Shown: piece by piece, positions 36,056-49,200 of the stretch
How positions within the stretch are numbered: position 1 is the stretch's first letter
How the letters are laid out: the number at the start of each line of letters is the position of its first letter
NCBI GenBank assembly: GCA_013265495.1
Contig: MU058444.1
Coordinates: 372,001-436,000 of the forward strand
DNA from: Vicugna vicugna
Lineage: Eukaryota
DNA length: 64,000 nt
Direction: 5' to 3'
Program-made: the position numbers and the translations under genes
The notes under the pieces: model-generated
Database searches by the model: none
What the model was told of the DNA's origin: nothing
What the model saw: only the letters and a program-made list of their open reading frames with translations

Positions 36056-36545
36056 TGTAACTGAGCAGGCCCTATGGGGCCTCCCCTGGACAGACCCGTC
36101 CCCCATCTCCTCTGCTTTAGCTCCTCTGTGAAGTACCAGATAACAGTATGTGATGCACGTTTGGGCAGTTGTTTCACAGATGGCGAAAGCATCACCAAGT
36201 GGAAGAAATTAACTACTTATGAGCATGTAGACCCCAGACCTACTGGGGCATAAGGATGGATAATGTTAGCCCCTGTGACAGCATCCTGTTAACCTCACCG
36301 TCAGCCAGTCAGAGAATTGGGCACGAGTTGATCACATTAGCCTTGGACGCGCCCTCCCTCCCCTTCACCCAACCTTGCCTTTAAAAAATGCTTTTCTGAA
36401 ACCCACCGGACAGTTCGGGTCTTACGAGCCCTAGCTGTTCTGGACTCCTTGCTTGGAGCCCTGCAGTAACCCTTCCCTTCGCCACAACCGGGTGTCAGAT
36501 TGGCTTTACTGTTCACGGGCGAGTGGACCCAAGTGTGGTCCAACA
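36056..36545 (+). mobile_element. ERV1 solo LTR (MER41-like family)
   Basis: tgtaactgagcaggccctatgggg...ggtccaaca; TG...CA termini; TSD agca/agcc; homologous to the reverse complement of 39643-40086. Confidence 0.85.
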
Positions 36546-38624
36546 AGCCGAGTTATAGAGGTGTGGATGTCACCTCTCGTTACCACCCTTGAGCGCTTAC
36601 TGTGTGTTAGGCTACTTACTTTCATTCCCCAGTAATTCATTCGTCTATTCAAAGATGTCTTTTGAGCATCTGCTGTGGATCTGGCATTGCTCCAGGTCCT
36701 GAGGATACAGGGCTGGACACGACCGACTGGACAGCAGCCTTCCTAGGACCACTGCTGCTGTGGAGGGCGGCGAGAGAGCTGACAGTGGTCCACTAAGCAA
36801 GTGAATAAACAAGGTGATTGCAGGTAAGAAAACTGGAAGAAGGAATAGAGACTGATGGAGGCAAGGGCATAAGAGGGGGCTGGCTACTCAGGAAACAGTG
36901 GTGCCTTGTTTCCACTTGTAATTCTTTGGTGATGAATGAGAATAAACATCTCTTTGCATCCTCATTAGCATTTTCCATTTCTTCATCTGGTTTACGTCCT
37001 TTCTTTACTTCTTGAGTGTGATTTTTAGAATTTTACTCTTTGGTTTGCAGTTGCTCTCGATTGATGAGATTTGGATATATGAAAGAGAAAGAAGTGGAGA
37101 TTTAAAAACCTGGCCACTCCTTCCTTCTGGAGGCTCTGGGTATGAACACTTCAGGTCTGGAATTTGGGCGAGGAGCTACGGCTCCTGGTGTGGGAGCCCA
37201 GCTCAGGCTTCGGGTCACCAGACCTAAGGTTGGCCAGTTGGTTGACTGGTTCGTCTGTCTGTCCTGTTGTCCATATCAGAGGAGATGGGGAAGGGGGGAG
37301 CATTTGCCCCAGAAAAGTAGGTGCAAAGGGTTTTCTCAGCATCTTATTGGTATATTCTTCTCATTTTGCAAATGAGGAAACAAACTGTGCAAGCTTGACT
37401 GTCCAGAGCAGCACACTGAGGAACTGGCACATTCTGTCCTCCCAGCGTATTTGACTCAGAGTCTACGTTTTTAGTTTGGTGGAGATGGGCCAACCATGGC
37501 ACCCTCGTTGATCTGTCAAAGTGTGACCGGTTAAGTAAATTATGTCACAAAAAATATAAGATAGATCTGCTTGTACTAAATCAACAATATTTCGTTAAGC
37601 AAGGAAGAAAAGACATTCTTATTATTAAAAAATAAAGCCAAAACATCCATTTGTAAATATGTTTACTGTAAAATGACCTTGAATGTGAGATGATTCTCCA
37701 TTTCTCTCATAGGGACATCCTGGAGTCTTTTTTGGGGCAAACCTGAATATGTAAATCTTTAGGGATCTAGAAGAAACAATCAAAAGTCTATCATCCATTA
37801 TTTAGTATAGCTAAACATGCATTTTCAACATCAGATATGCTGGATAATATTAACCTAGACAGATGTGGGTTTTTTTTATTCTTGCATTTTTTGCAATTTT
37901 ATTCAAGTTCTTGACATGTTAGGTATTCCTTGAGATTATTTTAGGCTAATACTTCTTCTTCCCCAAACTGCTGCTCTCAATAAATCTAGTTTTAGTGGCT
38001 TAAGGCATCACAAAGCTGTGGAATCCCCCACGCTGTTTTTACAGGGTGAAGCAGGGAAATCTGAGAACACAGTTACAGGCATTGGAGAAAAATAAAACCA
38101 TTTCATGTTTGCACTTTACTGAGTTCAGTCTGGCCAAAAAATTATAATTAAATATATATAGAGAGATAGCATTTACATTTGCACAGAAAAAAGTTTGGGA
38201 GGATATAAACCAAGCTGTGTGCCAGTTAGTGGTGGTGTGGGGTTAGGAGTGACTGGGGGTGTGTGTGTGTGTGTGTATCTTTTACCAATTAATTTTATCA
38301 GTTGTATTATTGGAACGTGTCACATGGGCACATATTACTCCTGTAGTACTAATATTGTTAATTACAAAAGTAAACCAGTTTGAAAAATCTACCAACCCTT
38401 TGAGATCCAGGCTACCTTTGACCAGTGTCCTCAGTCTTAGCCAGAAATGATTTCTCCCCACTAAAATCTCCCAATGATTTTTCTGTATCTTTCTTTTATG
38501 CACCATTACTTTCTAATGTATGCATTTCTCCTTTGTTAAATAACTCATTTGTCCTTGAAAACCTGCTGCAAAGGAAAAAGGAAAAAGCTATTGAATAAGT
38601 ATACCTGGTAATTATTTTTCTCAT

Positions 38625-39495
38625 TTAAAATTTTATTTTTAAATTAGCATACTGTATCACTGACATTTTGGTGTACAGTTCTACACATTTTAATACATAT
38701 AGATTTGTATGCACCACCATCAGAGTACAGAACAGTTCAGTTACCCTAGAAAACTCTCTTATGGGGACATAATATTCAATTTCACAACTGCCTGTTTGTA
38801 GTTATATCTTTTCCCGTTTCCTAACCCCTGGCAAGCCCTGATCTATTCTCCAAAATGATGTCTCTTTGTTGCGTCTCTTTGAGACATTCACATCAATAGA
38901 GTCATACAGGATGTAAACCTTTGAGACTGGCTTTCTTCTACCAGGCATAATGCCTTTGAGGTCCATCCAGGCTGTTGCATGGAACCATAGATTGATACTT
39001 TGTTCCTTTATTGCTGAATAAGATTCTGTTGTATGGATGTTCCACAGTTTAACCATTCACCCGCTGAAGGACATTTGGGTGGTTTCAAGTTTGAGGCTAT
39101 TATGAACAGAGCGATTACAAACAGTAGTGTACAGGTTTTGTGTGAATGCAAGCTTTCATTTTTCTAAATAACTAGGAGAGGACTTTTGGGATCGTGTAAG
39201 AGTGTGTTTACCTTTACAAGAAACTGCCACGCTGTTTTCTAGAAGAGGCAATGATGTTTTGCATTCCCACCAGCAATGCATGAGTGTTCCTGTGGCTCCA
39301 TATCTTTACCTGCACTTTCCCTATATTTTCAGCATTTTTAATTATCACCATTCTAATAGGTACGTGCTGGAATCTCATCACGGTTCTGTCTTGCATCCCT
39401 AATAGATAATAATGTTGAGCATCTTCTCATGCGCAGATTTGCCATTTGTGTGTCATTGTTTAAATATCTACTCAAGAATTTTTGCCATTATCAAA
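38625..39495 (-). mobile_element. Old L1 (L1MB/MC-like) 3' region
   Basis: Minus-strand KLWNIHTTESYSAIK...ATAWMDLKGIM; ggacatttgggtggtttcaagtttgaggctattatgaa; gcattcccaccagcaatgcatgagtgttcc. Confidence 0.88.
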
Positions 39496-39521
39496 ATAAT
39501 TGGCCATCGGTTAGTTTAAAG

Positions 39522-40175
39522 CAGGAGTTTTCAACAGGCCCACTGTTGGCTTTCTGGGAAGGGTCATTCCTGGTTTTGTAGGCCATCCTATTCATTGCGG
39601 CTCATTTAGATTCCCTGGATTTTGGACACAAAGTACTCAAAGTGTTACCGAAAGCAGGTTCATGTGCCTGACACACAGTGAGGCCAAACAAACTGAAATG
39701 TCAGAGTTTGGAGCAGAGAGAGGTTTATCGCAGGGCCAAGCAATGAGAACGGGGTGGCTCATGCCGAAGAAAACCCTGGCCAAGGTGAGGGAGGGGGTTC
39801 AGTGGTATGTGATCAGCTCGTGCACGGTTCTCTAACTGGTTGATGTCGAGGTAACAGGGCAGTCAACACTATCAGCCCCTAGGTGCCAGAAGGTCTGGGG
39901 GCCATCCATGTACTGATGATCATCAAGTAGTTAATTTCTTCCCTTGGGTGTGGTTTTTAGCATCTGAAAAACTCAAGACATATGCATGAGCTACTATTAT
40001 CTGGGTACTTCAGAGAGGAGCTACAACAGAGGATACAGGAGAGGGGTCTGTCCCAGGAAGGCCCCACAGGGTCCTGCTTGGTTACAAAAGCACCTGATGT
40101 TGTGTTCACCAAAAAACACTCTCACACATTTCCAAACCCCACTAGGAAGATAGTATCATCTAGTAAAAAACACTA
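39522..40175. mobile_element. MER20-like DNA transposon split by an LTR
   Basis: caggagttttcaac...ttctgggaagggtcattcc... resumes after 40090 with ...caccaaaaaacactctcacacatttccaaa...aaaaaacacta; 8-bp hAT-type TSD gtttaaag / gtttagaa. Confidence 0.7.
39643..40086 (-). mobile_element. ERV1 solo LTR (444 bp, MER41-like family)
   Basis: tgttaccgaa...cagggtcctgcttggttaca; perfect TSD aaag (39639-39642, 40087-40090). Confidence 0.88.
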
Positions 40176-41199
40176 GTTTAGAATTAGGATTTGTTCCCGG
40201 TGCTGGAATCAGGCGGGTTTCCCCAGGGCACCTGGGGTTTGTGGAGGAAGGATGGGTGGCTTACCCACATCAGGTTCTTCCAGGAGAGAGAGGAATTAAT
40301 GCTGATCGGACGGACAGCAGTGTCCACTGGGATGTAACTGACTTTCTTTCTCAACAGTCTATGTGTCCGTGGCTTAGCCTTTGAATAGCTTTTAAAGAAC
40401 CTACCATACTTCCTTAGATGTGATAAACATCGCTTGCACCAAGCTCCTGCCATTACCTGTGGTACTTTTTTGTGATTTTCTAGCTAGGAGGTGTTTGAGA
40501 GGGGAGGACCGACCACTGTCTACTTTCTCCTCCTCCTCCTCCCGCCTCCTCCCCCCTTTCCCTCCTCTTCCTCCTTCTCCCTCTTAGTTTTTGGCTTTCA
40601 GTAAATATACTCACAGATTTATGGCTAAATTTTTACTCTGTTTCCTTAGCAACAGATTTTAGAATCCTGAACAAAGTCCTTTTCTTTAGAAAAGTCATGA
40701 CTGTGTATGACATCAATAGGCAGAAAATTAAACAATATAAGAACCAAGATAATCATTGGAAAGTCAGTTTAGCTGGGGACAAAAATGTAAGCTTACATAA
40801 GAACATTTACAAACTATGTAAATAAGTATTCTGTGATCTCAACGAAACGTGTTGAGACAAAGAACAGCGGAGCGGCAGACAAATCTTAGCGTGCAAGGTC
40901 AGCAGACCTAGAACCACAAGGCTCCGTCCTGACCGTGGACATCTTGCTGAACCTCTCTCTCCCCCTCAGTTTCCTCACTTATAAGTTAGGAATGAGGTTC
41001 CTCCTCTATAAATCTGGCACAGTAACAGCTAAGATACCATGATAATATATACTATACAGATGTAAGTATAAATAGAGATAATGTGTATATATATATGTAA
41101 CATATGTGTATATATATGTGACTATATGTGATGTATATAACATTGCTTTGAAATCTGGAAAGGTTGGAATCTATCCATCAACATTATCACCATCATAAT

Positions 41200-41990
41200 T
41201 GTATAAGTCAAGGTTCTCCAGAGAAACAGAACCAATAGGATATCTGTCTGTCTGTCTGTCTATCTATCCAGATATAGATATATAAGAGGAAATTTATTAT
41301 TCCTCACATGGTTATGGAGTCTGACCGATGCCACAGTACACCGTGTGCAGGCTGGATAACCAGGAAAATCAGTGGTATAATGCAGTCCACGTCCAAAAGC
41401 CCAAGAACTAAGAGGAACTTCAGTGTCAGAGGGCAGAAGAAGATGGATATGCTAGCTCAAAACTAGAGACAGTTCAGACAGAGGAAGATAAATACTGCAT
41501 GATGTCACTTATAAGTGGAATCTAAAACATACAGCAAACTAGTGAATATAGCAGAAAAGAAGCAGACTCACAGACACAGAGAACAAATCAGTGGTTACCA
41601 GTGGGGCAACGTTGGGGTTGGGGAGTGGGAGGTGCAAACTACTGGGTGTAAGACAGGCTCACGGATGTATTGTACGACACGGGGGATATGGGCAATTTTT
41701 TTGAATAACTGTAACTGAAAAGTAATCTTTAAAAAATGTATAAAAATTTTTAAAAAATAACGAGAGAGCCAATTTGCCCTTCCTTTGCCTTTTTGTCCTC
41801 CTGGGGCTCTCAGAAGATTGGCTGATACTCGCTCATGTAGGTGTGAGCAGATCTTCTTTCCTCAGTCATGGGATTCAAATGCTAATCTCCTCCAAAAATA
41901 CCCTCACAGACACACCCAGAAATACTGCTCCACCGGCTACCTGGACACGTCTGAGCCCAGTTAAACTGGCACATGAAACTAACCATCACC
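41200..41990 (-). mobile_element. ERVL LTR (MLT2-like) interrupted by an L1
   Basis: tgtataagtcaaggttctccagagaaacagaaccaatagga...cacagacacacccagaaata...aactaaccatcac; 5-bp TSD ataat/atcat. Confidence 0.88.
41473..41758 (+). mobile_element. L1 3' end nested in MLT2
   Basis: tcagacagaggaagataaatactgcatgatgtcacttataagtggaatctaaaa...gtggttaccagtgggg...A-rich tail. Confidence 0.85.
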
Positions 41991-44900
41991 ATCATTCTCC
42001 TCCTCCTCCTCGTCCCTTAGCTGGCTCGGGAAGTAGGGAAGGGACCATGAATAAGAAAGGAGACATAAAATATAACAGGGGACAAGGTGTCATTTGGAAA
42101 TATTTAGAGTCAATGATGTGTGTTCCATGTAAACTTTAGATAAAGAGCTTGAGACTTGCAGACTTTCTTCCAGTGCGATCTGAGATTTCTGCCAGTGTTG
42201 CACCTCACCCCAGCCCTTTTCCTACAGCACCCCTAAATGTTTAGACCGAGTGCTGCTTCCTTTAAGTTCACCTCAAGTCAGGGGAGTAGGAACAGGGACC
42301 CCGCCAAATCCTTTGTGCAGTGTAATGCTGTCTCCTCAAAGTTAGACATGTTTAGAAAATATCTTAATTTTATCTTAAAAAAGAGATGTGAATTTTGCAT
42401 TTTAACCCCAGGATATGTTTGTATTTGTTTGAAACCAAAAATGATGTTTTAAGTGAATAAGAACGAGTTTTTACCTATCTCCCTTGTGGCTCGTTAAAAT
42501 GTAATGGATTGAAAAGATCAGTTTTGGAAAAAGGACACTGGAGTTATCACCCTGTTGTTAGCTCAGAGTCAGTGATTCCCAGCAAACACGGTCAACGGTC
42601 TGATCATTTAAACTATTTAGTCCTTAAATTTGACAAATGTGACAATGACCTTGGCTGATGGTTGATGGTTCAAGAATTAAAAAAAAAAAAGAATTAAAAG
42701 CCACAATTAATTTCAAAAGCTGCCACAACTGTGTAGAAGTGGACAGAAGTGGAAGGCCACGCAGCCATCCTCCACGCCTGGCCTGGAGCCGTCATCCGCA
42801 GACACCACCGCGTGTGCTGTTGGTGTGACGTGGGACTGCCTTCCCTCCCCAGGGAAGTCCCCAGATGGGACACCGTGTGGCCCAGGATCTCGTTATACTG
42901 CTTAAAATACACGCCTCAGTTTTTTTTTCCCCTTCTGAAAAATTGTAATGTGTAGGAAGGATTTCCAGCCAGTGGGCACTTGCTCATTATCGTTTGCAAA
43001 TGTAGGTCAAACATGTGGCTGCTTTTGCCAATTTGTAGGTGTATGAAAGCAATCTTTTTTATTGGTGGCAGGCTTTTTTTTTTTCCAATATAACATTATT
43101 TCCAAAGAAGATCTTAAAATTCATTCTAAAACTTCACATTAATGAATTTGGATTTCCGTTATGGAGATTTCAGGGTGTGTTGCATAAGTGAAATTAATGC
43201 CACAAGTATGAGAAATAATAGCCAGATCTGACCAATGGGAAAAACTGAGGGAACCAAGGATGTCTGCCCAAAAAGTTCCTTTGAAAGCTTTTCTCTAGCA
43301 CTGCTTAGGTGCACCAACTTTTCTTCCCACCTGTAATAGGATACAAGTTTCATATTGAACTTGAATAAGTAAGAGATAGTTCATGAGATTATGCACAGTG
43401 TTGGACAGGAAAGGGCAGTCTACGTTTTTATTTAAACATGTTATATTTATTTAGAACAGAGTTATTTTAAACTTGGCTTCAACTTGTTGGATTTTACTTC
43501 TGTAAAAAATTAGAAATTCATGAGGGATGGTGGTTCCTGGTGCATGACCAAGTTTAGAGAGCCTTAAACGTCTCAAGAAATATGCTTCTGGCACAAATAT
43601 AGACCTGATTTCCCTGTGAACCAGCGTGACCTACTTTATCATGCAGGTGCAGTTGCCACGGATGTGGAGAGGATGATAGCACATTGGGCGGAGACCTCTG
43701 ATTTTGCAGGCAGGCTCTCTGTCGGCACGATTATAAGGTGGAGAAGCTGGTATTTTTATCCTTGTCTTTCTCTGACCAACCCAGTCATCAGTGGCTATAT
43801 TTCCCTTCCTTCTATTGTCTTCTGAAACTCATATCTCCTCTTTCCCAAGACTCCATCAATATACGCTTTTCACAAATGTTGAATGACCTATTTTATATTA
43901 ACCTTGAATGTTGACCAATCAAAGGCTATTCGTAAGGCATAGGTATTACTTAAAAAAAAAAAAAGAAACAACCTGTTATTTTTAATGGTAAGAAAACTCC
44001 TTTTTTCCCCTTCCTATAATTTAATACATTTTCATCTTAGAATACATAGAACATAGTTAAATAAAAAGAAAAAAATTCCATGGTCCCATCGCTCCAAGAC
44101 TATCTCTGCTAGTTTTGATATTCAGCCTTCGTATAACCAAATGAAATCATCCTGTATCTTTTCTGTTAATTTATGATATTTTTTACATCTTTAAACATGC
44201 AGACAAGTCATGTTTAATATTTCCATGACTTTATATTACGTGACTGTACCCTAAGTTACTTTAGCGTCCGTGATTATTGACTTTAATATTGTGTCTATTA
44301 GTTTGCTATTGTTAAGTTGTCAAACTTAACGTTCTTTGGCCAGTTTCTTCAAATGCAGTCATGATTGTAGTGGGGATAACCTGGGATATGATACCTCTTT
44401 GTCACTGAGACGGGGACAGAGACATTTCTTGCCCCTTGAAATCATGTCTAATCATTCAGTCATCTTCTCTGCTTGCTGCTGAGGATAACCTTGTTCATTC
44501 GCACCCAAAAATGAACAAAAACGGAGCAAATCTGGCACGCACTGAGGGAGAAAAGCAATAGCAAACAGTTGAAAGTTTGGAAGTGCTTTGCATTAGCTTG
44601 AAAACAAAAAAAGTCAATGATCTGACCAGTCATCAAGCCAAATAACCACGACGTGTGAAGACACTGCAGTGAAACTGGGTTTTCGGCATTTGGAATTAGA
44701 CGCAGAGACTTTCACAGGAAAGCTACTCATGGCAGAAAAATAGTCATGATCCTAAAGTGGTTTCTCCTAAACTGTAGTTCTCAGTCTGTGTCAGAGTTAC
44801 GGGGCAGGACGATCAGAGTTACAGATCAGAAGCTCCTTGAGACAGGTGCCAGGGAACCGAGCCAGAGAAAGGGTCGGTGCCTGGGAAGGAATGTTACAGA

Positions 44901-45560
44901 TGCAAAATTTGTGGGGTTGGACAAATGCCATTAGCTGTGAGGAGGGAGGGAGGGGGATGGAGGATGGAAAATGTGAGCCTGGGGAAGGGAGGATGGTCCT
45001 GCCATGTGTTGCAGAGACATGGGAAGTCCAGTGATTTAAAATACGTATTATATGAAATGTTATTACAGTAAAGGTGAGCAGTACCTGTATTGTAACTGCA
45101 GTGTTGATGATAGCTTAAGGACTGTCTCAGAATTAAATGCCTTTGATTACCGGTTTGTGAAGGGTTCAGCGAAACTGTACAGTAGGTTGAGAGAGTTTTT
45201 CACAGGGGAGCTCTTGTTTCAGAAGAAGAGAGTGTTCATTCATTCATTTACTCATTTTCTTTCTGAATAAACATCTGAAACTTCAGTGTCTACTTTTAAT
45301 TCCCTTTCTCTTGGGTAAAGAATTAAGCCTTGTACACACATAAGTACATACATATACACGTATATTTTTTACTTTGCAAGAGTAATATATATTCTCTGCA
45401 GCAAAGCTCTAAAGTACAAACAGGCAAAGGGAAGAAAATAAAAGCTCATGTAATATATGTTTTTTTACCTTATCATCTGGGCTGACATGGGATAACTCTG
45501 ATAAATGGTCATGCAGGGACAACGAAGTGGAATGAGAGGTACAGCAGCAATGGAATCAGA

Positions 45561-46053
45561 AAAGAAGCTGTGGTATATTTCTACAATGGAATACTACGCA
45601 GCTATAAAAAAGAATAAAGTAATGCCATTTGCAGCAACATGGATGAACGTGGAAATTATCATACTAAGTAAAGTCAGCCAGGAAGAGAAAGAAAAATACC
45701 ACATGATATCACTTATATGTGGAATCTAAAAAAAAAAAAAGACAAATGAACTTATTTACAAAACAGAAACAGACTCACAGACATAGAAAACAAACTTATG
45801 GTTACCCGGGGGAAGGGGATAGGAAGGGATAAATTAGGAGTTTGAGATTTGCAGATACTTTTATACATAAAATAGGTAAACATCAAGTTCATACTGTATA
45901 GCACAGGGAACTCTATTCAATATCTTGTAGTAACTTACGGTGAAAAAGAATATGAAAACAAATACATGTATGTTCCTAGCTGACCGAAGTACTGTGCTGT
46001 ACACCAGAAATTGACACAGCATTGTAAACTGACTATACTTTAATAAAAAAAAA
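45561..46053 (+). mobile_element. 5'-truncated L1 3' end
   Basis: KKLWYISTMEYYAAIKKNKVMPFAATWMNVEIIILS...YHMISLICGI*, 3'UTR, AATAAA and poly-A. Confidence 0.95.
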
Positions 46054-46702
46054 GTATACTAAGCTCCCACCAAAATTGTGCATGTTGGGGCAGAATAAAA
46101 CTTAAAGTTCACCTGTCTATTGTCCAACCATCCATGAGAATGTCTATATTCTTTCTACAATGCTGGCAAAAAAAATTTTAGGTGACGTTTAATAACACTG
46201 AGTTTAATGAACTGATTAGCATTTTTGTTTTTAAAAGATGCAGATATCTAGTTTTCATTTACACAAAATTTCTGAAACAGTAAATAATGATCTACATAAA
46301 ATGGACATAGTCAGGGATGTTTATATCACGTGCTAAAAATTTGTTGAGTCGTAATGACAAATCTGACCACATGCTTAAGAATGTTCTCCTCTTTCTGTTT
46401 CTTTAGAGAGAAATTATGGGGAAAAACTTTTCTTGTTGAAATGGGGAAAGTGATGGTCCAAGACAGAAAAATGGGAAAACACTGTGACAAATTTTAATGT
46501 ATAATTCTAGAATGAGAAAATAAATGAGAGGGCAGGGTTGAGTCTTTATTGGGGTCTAAAGTGAATTTGACATTTATGTCACAGAAAAGGGGATATAACT
46601 GCAAATGCTCAGAGTCCTATGCCGTCTGCTCAGACTGAAGAGGTATTGTAAGAGGAGGTTTGTGGACTGGGGCTCGTTGGCTTGGTTCCAAAGTCCATGA
46701 GT

Positions 46703-47426
46703 CAATGACATTTGGGTTGCTTCCATGTCTTGGCTATTGTAAATAGTGCTGCTGTGAACATTGGGGTGCAGGTGTCTTTTTGAGTTTTTTTTTTTCCAGA
46801 GATATGCCCAGGAGTAGGATTGCTGGATCATATGGTAACTCTATTTTTAGTTTTTTAAGGACTCTCCATACTGTTCTCATAGTGGCTGCACCAAACTGCA
46901 TTCCCACCAGCAGTGTAGAAGGGTTCCCTTTGCTCCACACCCTCTCCAGCATTTATCATTTGTGGACTTTTGAATGATGGCCATTCTGACTGGTGTGAGG
47001 TGACACCTCACTGTAGCTTTGATTTGCATGTCTCTGATAATTAGTGATGTTGAGCATCTTTTCATGTGTCTGTTGGCCATCTGATGTCTTCATTGGAGAA
47101 ATATCTCTTGAGGTCTTTTGCCCATTTTTTTGATTTGGTTGTTTGTATTTTTGTTATTGAGTTGTATGAGCTGTTTATATGTTCTGGAAATTAAGCCCTT
47201 GTCAGTGGCGTCATTTGCAAATATTTTCTACCAGTCTGTAGGTTGATAAGCAATGTCCTACTGTAGAGCCTAGGGAGCGATAGTCAACATCTTGTAATAA
47301 CCTATAATGAAAAAGAATATATATATACACAAATGTATAACTGAATCTCTTTGCTGTACACCAAAAACGAACACAACATTTTAACCAACAATACTTCAAT
47401 AAAAAAACAAAGAAGCACAAAAGAAA
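46703..47426 (+). mobile_element. 5'-inverted L1: antisense ORF2 segment 46703-47245 joined to a sense 3' end 47246-47426
   Basis: Minus-strand ORF2 peptides ([37 protein letters not shown]) abut a plus-strand 3'UTR with tail; degenerate TSD caaagtccatgagt (46689-46702) / catagtacgtgagt (47427-47440). Confidence 0.85.
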
Positions 47427-47499
47427 CATAGTACGTGAGTAACTTACACAATGTTGATCCCCTTAGAGGACTGTTGGCGTCTGACTATGGGATGGGGGC

Positions 47500-47695
47500 T
47501 CCAGTAGGTGCTTTGTATGAATTATCTTCTCACAAAGGTGGGACCTTTCCTTAGCCCCATTTTACAATGAAAGGACCTTTGACTGAGAGCAGTAATAATG
47601 TGCCAAGGTCACCAGCCAAGAAAGTGGCAGTACCAGGACTTGAACCGAGGTCTGCTTGGCTCTGATACCATATCCTGAAGCACCACTGTGCTGTC
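47500..47695 (-). mobile_element. MIR SINE
   Basis: ccccattttaca...tgccaaggtcaccagc...aagtggcagtaccaggacttgaaccgaggtctg. Confidence 0.8.
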
Positions 47696-48599
47696 TAGAG
47701 GGTTAAACCATGCAGAGTGGCCATTTTTTTATGGTTCAAAACAGTCAAATATTGGCTACTTCATATGATAAAATAATATGCATGGCACTAGAACTTTGGA
47801 ATGTTAGAGAGATGATCGTTACATTTTTCTACCTTTAAAAATCTCACGTGAGAAGGGTGAGCATTCACAACGTCTCTTCTTTCATGGTTTCAAGGAAAAA
47901 AATGTTCTTTTCCCTTAATTTGCATTCTAGGTGAATGCAGTATAAAGTTTGAATTAATTGTCTTACTTATCATAGGCAGGAACTTGGTCGAAATCTCATT
48001 ATAAAGTGCAGGGTGACATGATGTTAATTTTTTGATTTACCATAGCAGGTGGGCGTGAAATTAAAATGGAAGAAAGTAATGCCAAATTGCAGAATACTCT
48101 TGTGACTGCTAGTTTTGTGACTGTGGGCAAGTAACTGAACTTAATCTAATATACTTTACAAAGTTATTGTGAAAATTAAATTCGAAGATGCTTGTGAAGG
48201 GCTTAGCGCAGTGCCTAGCGGAATAAATGTTCCCTGTTATTATTATTTTTGTTTTCTTTCCAGAGTTTTAAGGATTATGTGAGAATTGTATCCATCTGGG
48301 ATATTCTGAGATGGTCTGCTGGTGCAAGGGCACTTAGAAGCTAATGTAATAAATGGTATGGGAAGGGCTGGAAGTGAACCCCGCGTAAGCACCACCAGGC
48401 TGTTCCAGCCTTGGCTCTGCTCTCTAAGCTTATGGTGCTGTTTATGACCTAAGCTTATTTCAGAGCTTAAATCTGATTGAAAGGAAAACATCCGACTTTG
48501 AAATCTGAGCTACGTGAGAGAAACTCAGCCTCGGACCACTGAGTGATGTCCTGGCCAGTTGCCTATCTCCAAATTTGCTCTTTCTCACAAAAAGAGCAG

Positions 48600-49200
48600 A
48601 GGGGTGGAAGTTCTTGGCAGCCACAGCACCTGATTAAAAGGCGCCCTCTTCCTCCCTTGCTGAAAGGCTCCTTCCCCACCAGGCTCTCACAAGAATTTGC
48701 ATCACAGTGAGTCACGCAGTGGTTCCGTGCTTCCCGGCAGGCAGCTTAGAGTCAAGTTCAGCCGCTATTCTTAGCTGCTCCCCACCCTGTAATGGAAGAT
48801 ACTGGATGAACTTGCAAATAACACATTGTACCGATGACAAGCAGGGTGGCTGTGTCAGATTGAATTTCCACGTGTCTGCTTTCTTCGGTGTCTGAAGGAC
48901 AGGGAAGCAACCCCTAGGAGAGCCTCCTCCGGATTTCGGTACCGGGGCAGGTGAATGAGCCCCGAACAGAAAGGCTCTGATTTCCACGCTGTTCCCCAAT
49001 CTATAATCAGGGCTAATGAAAAGCTAGCAAAGCAGTTATAATCTGTGTGTCCCTTGCAAGGTCTCACCGTGACCAGGCCTGGTTTAGAAGCAGTGGCTTT
49101 GCTTTTGAATGGTAAGTAAAACATCACATCATCACTTACATCAACAGCGTGACGTTTTTCCCTGGCGGCTTGGCCATTAAAGCAACGTGTATGGTCAGAG
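48600..49200. promoter_or_regulatory. Candidate intronic enhancer / alternative promoter
   Basis: Repeat-free, CpG-retaining block with AP-1 TGAGTCA 48708-48714, CACCTG, CACGTG ~48869, TGACGT ~49150, and a consensus donor ATG|GTAAGT at 49111/49112. Confidence 0.35.

Noticed and set aside
45505..47429. ORF-track peptides resembling real protein
   Set aside because: They are fragments of L1 ORF2 C-termini or antisense 3'UTR, not host exons.
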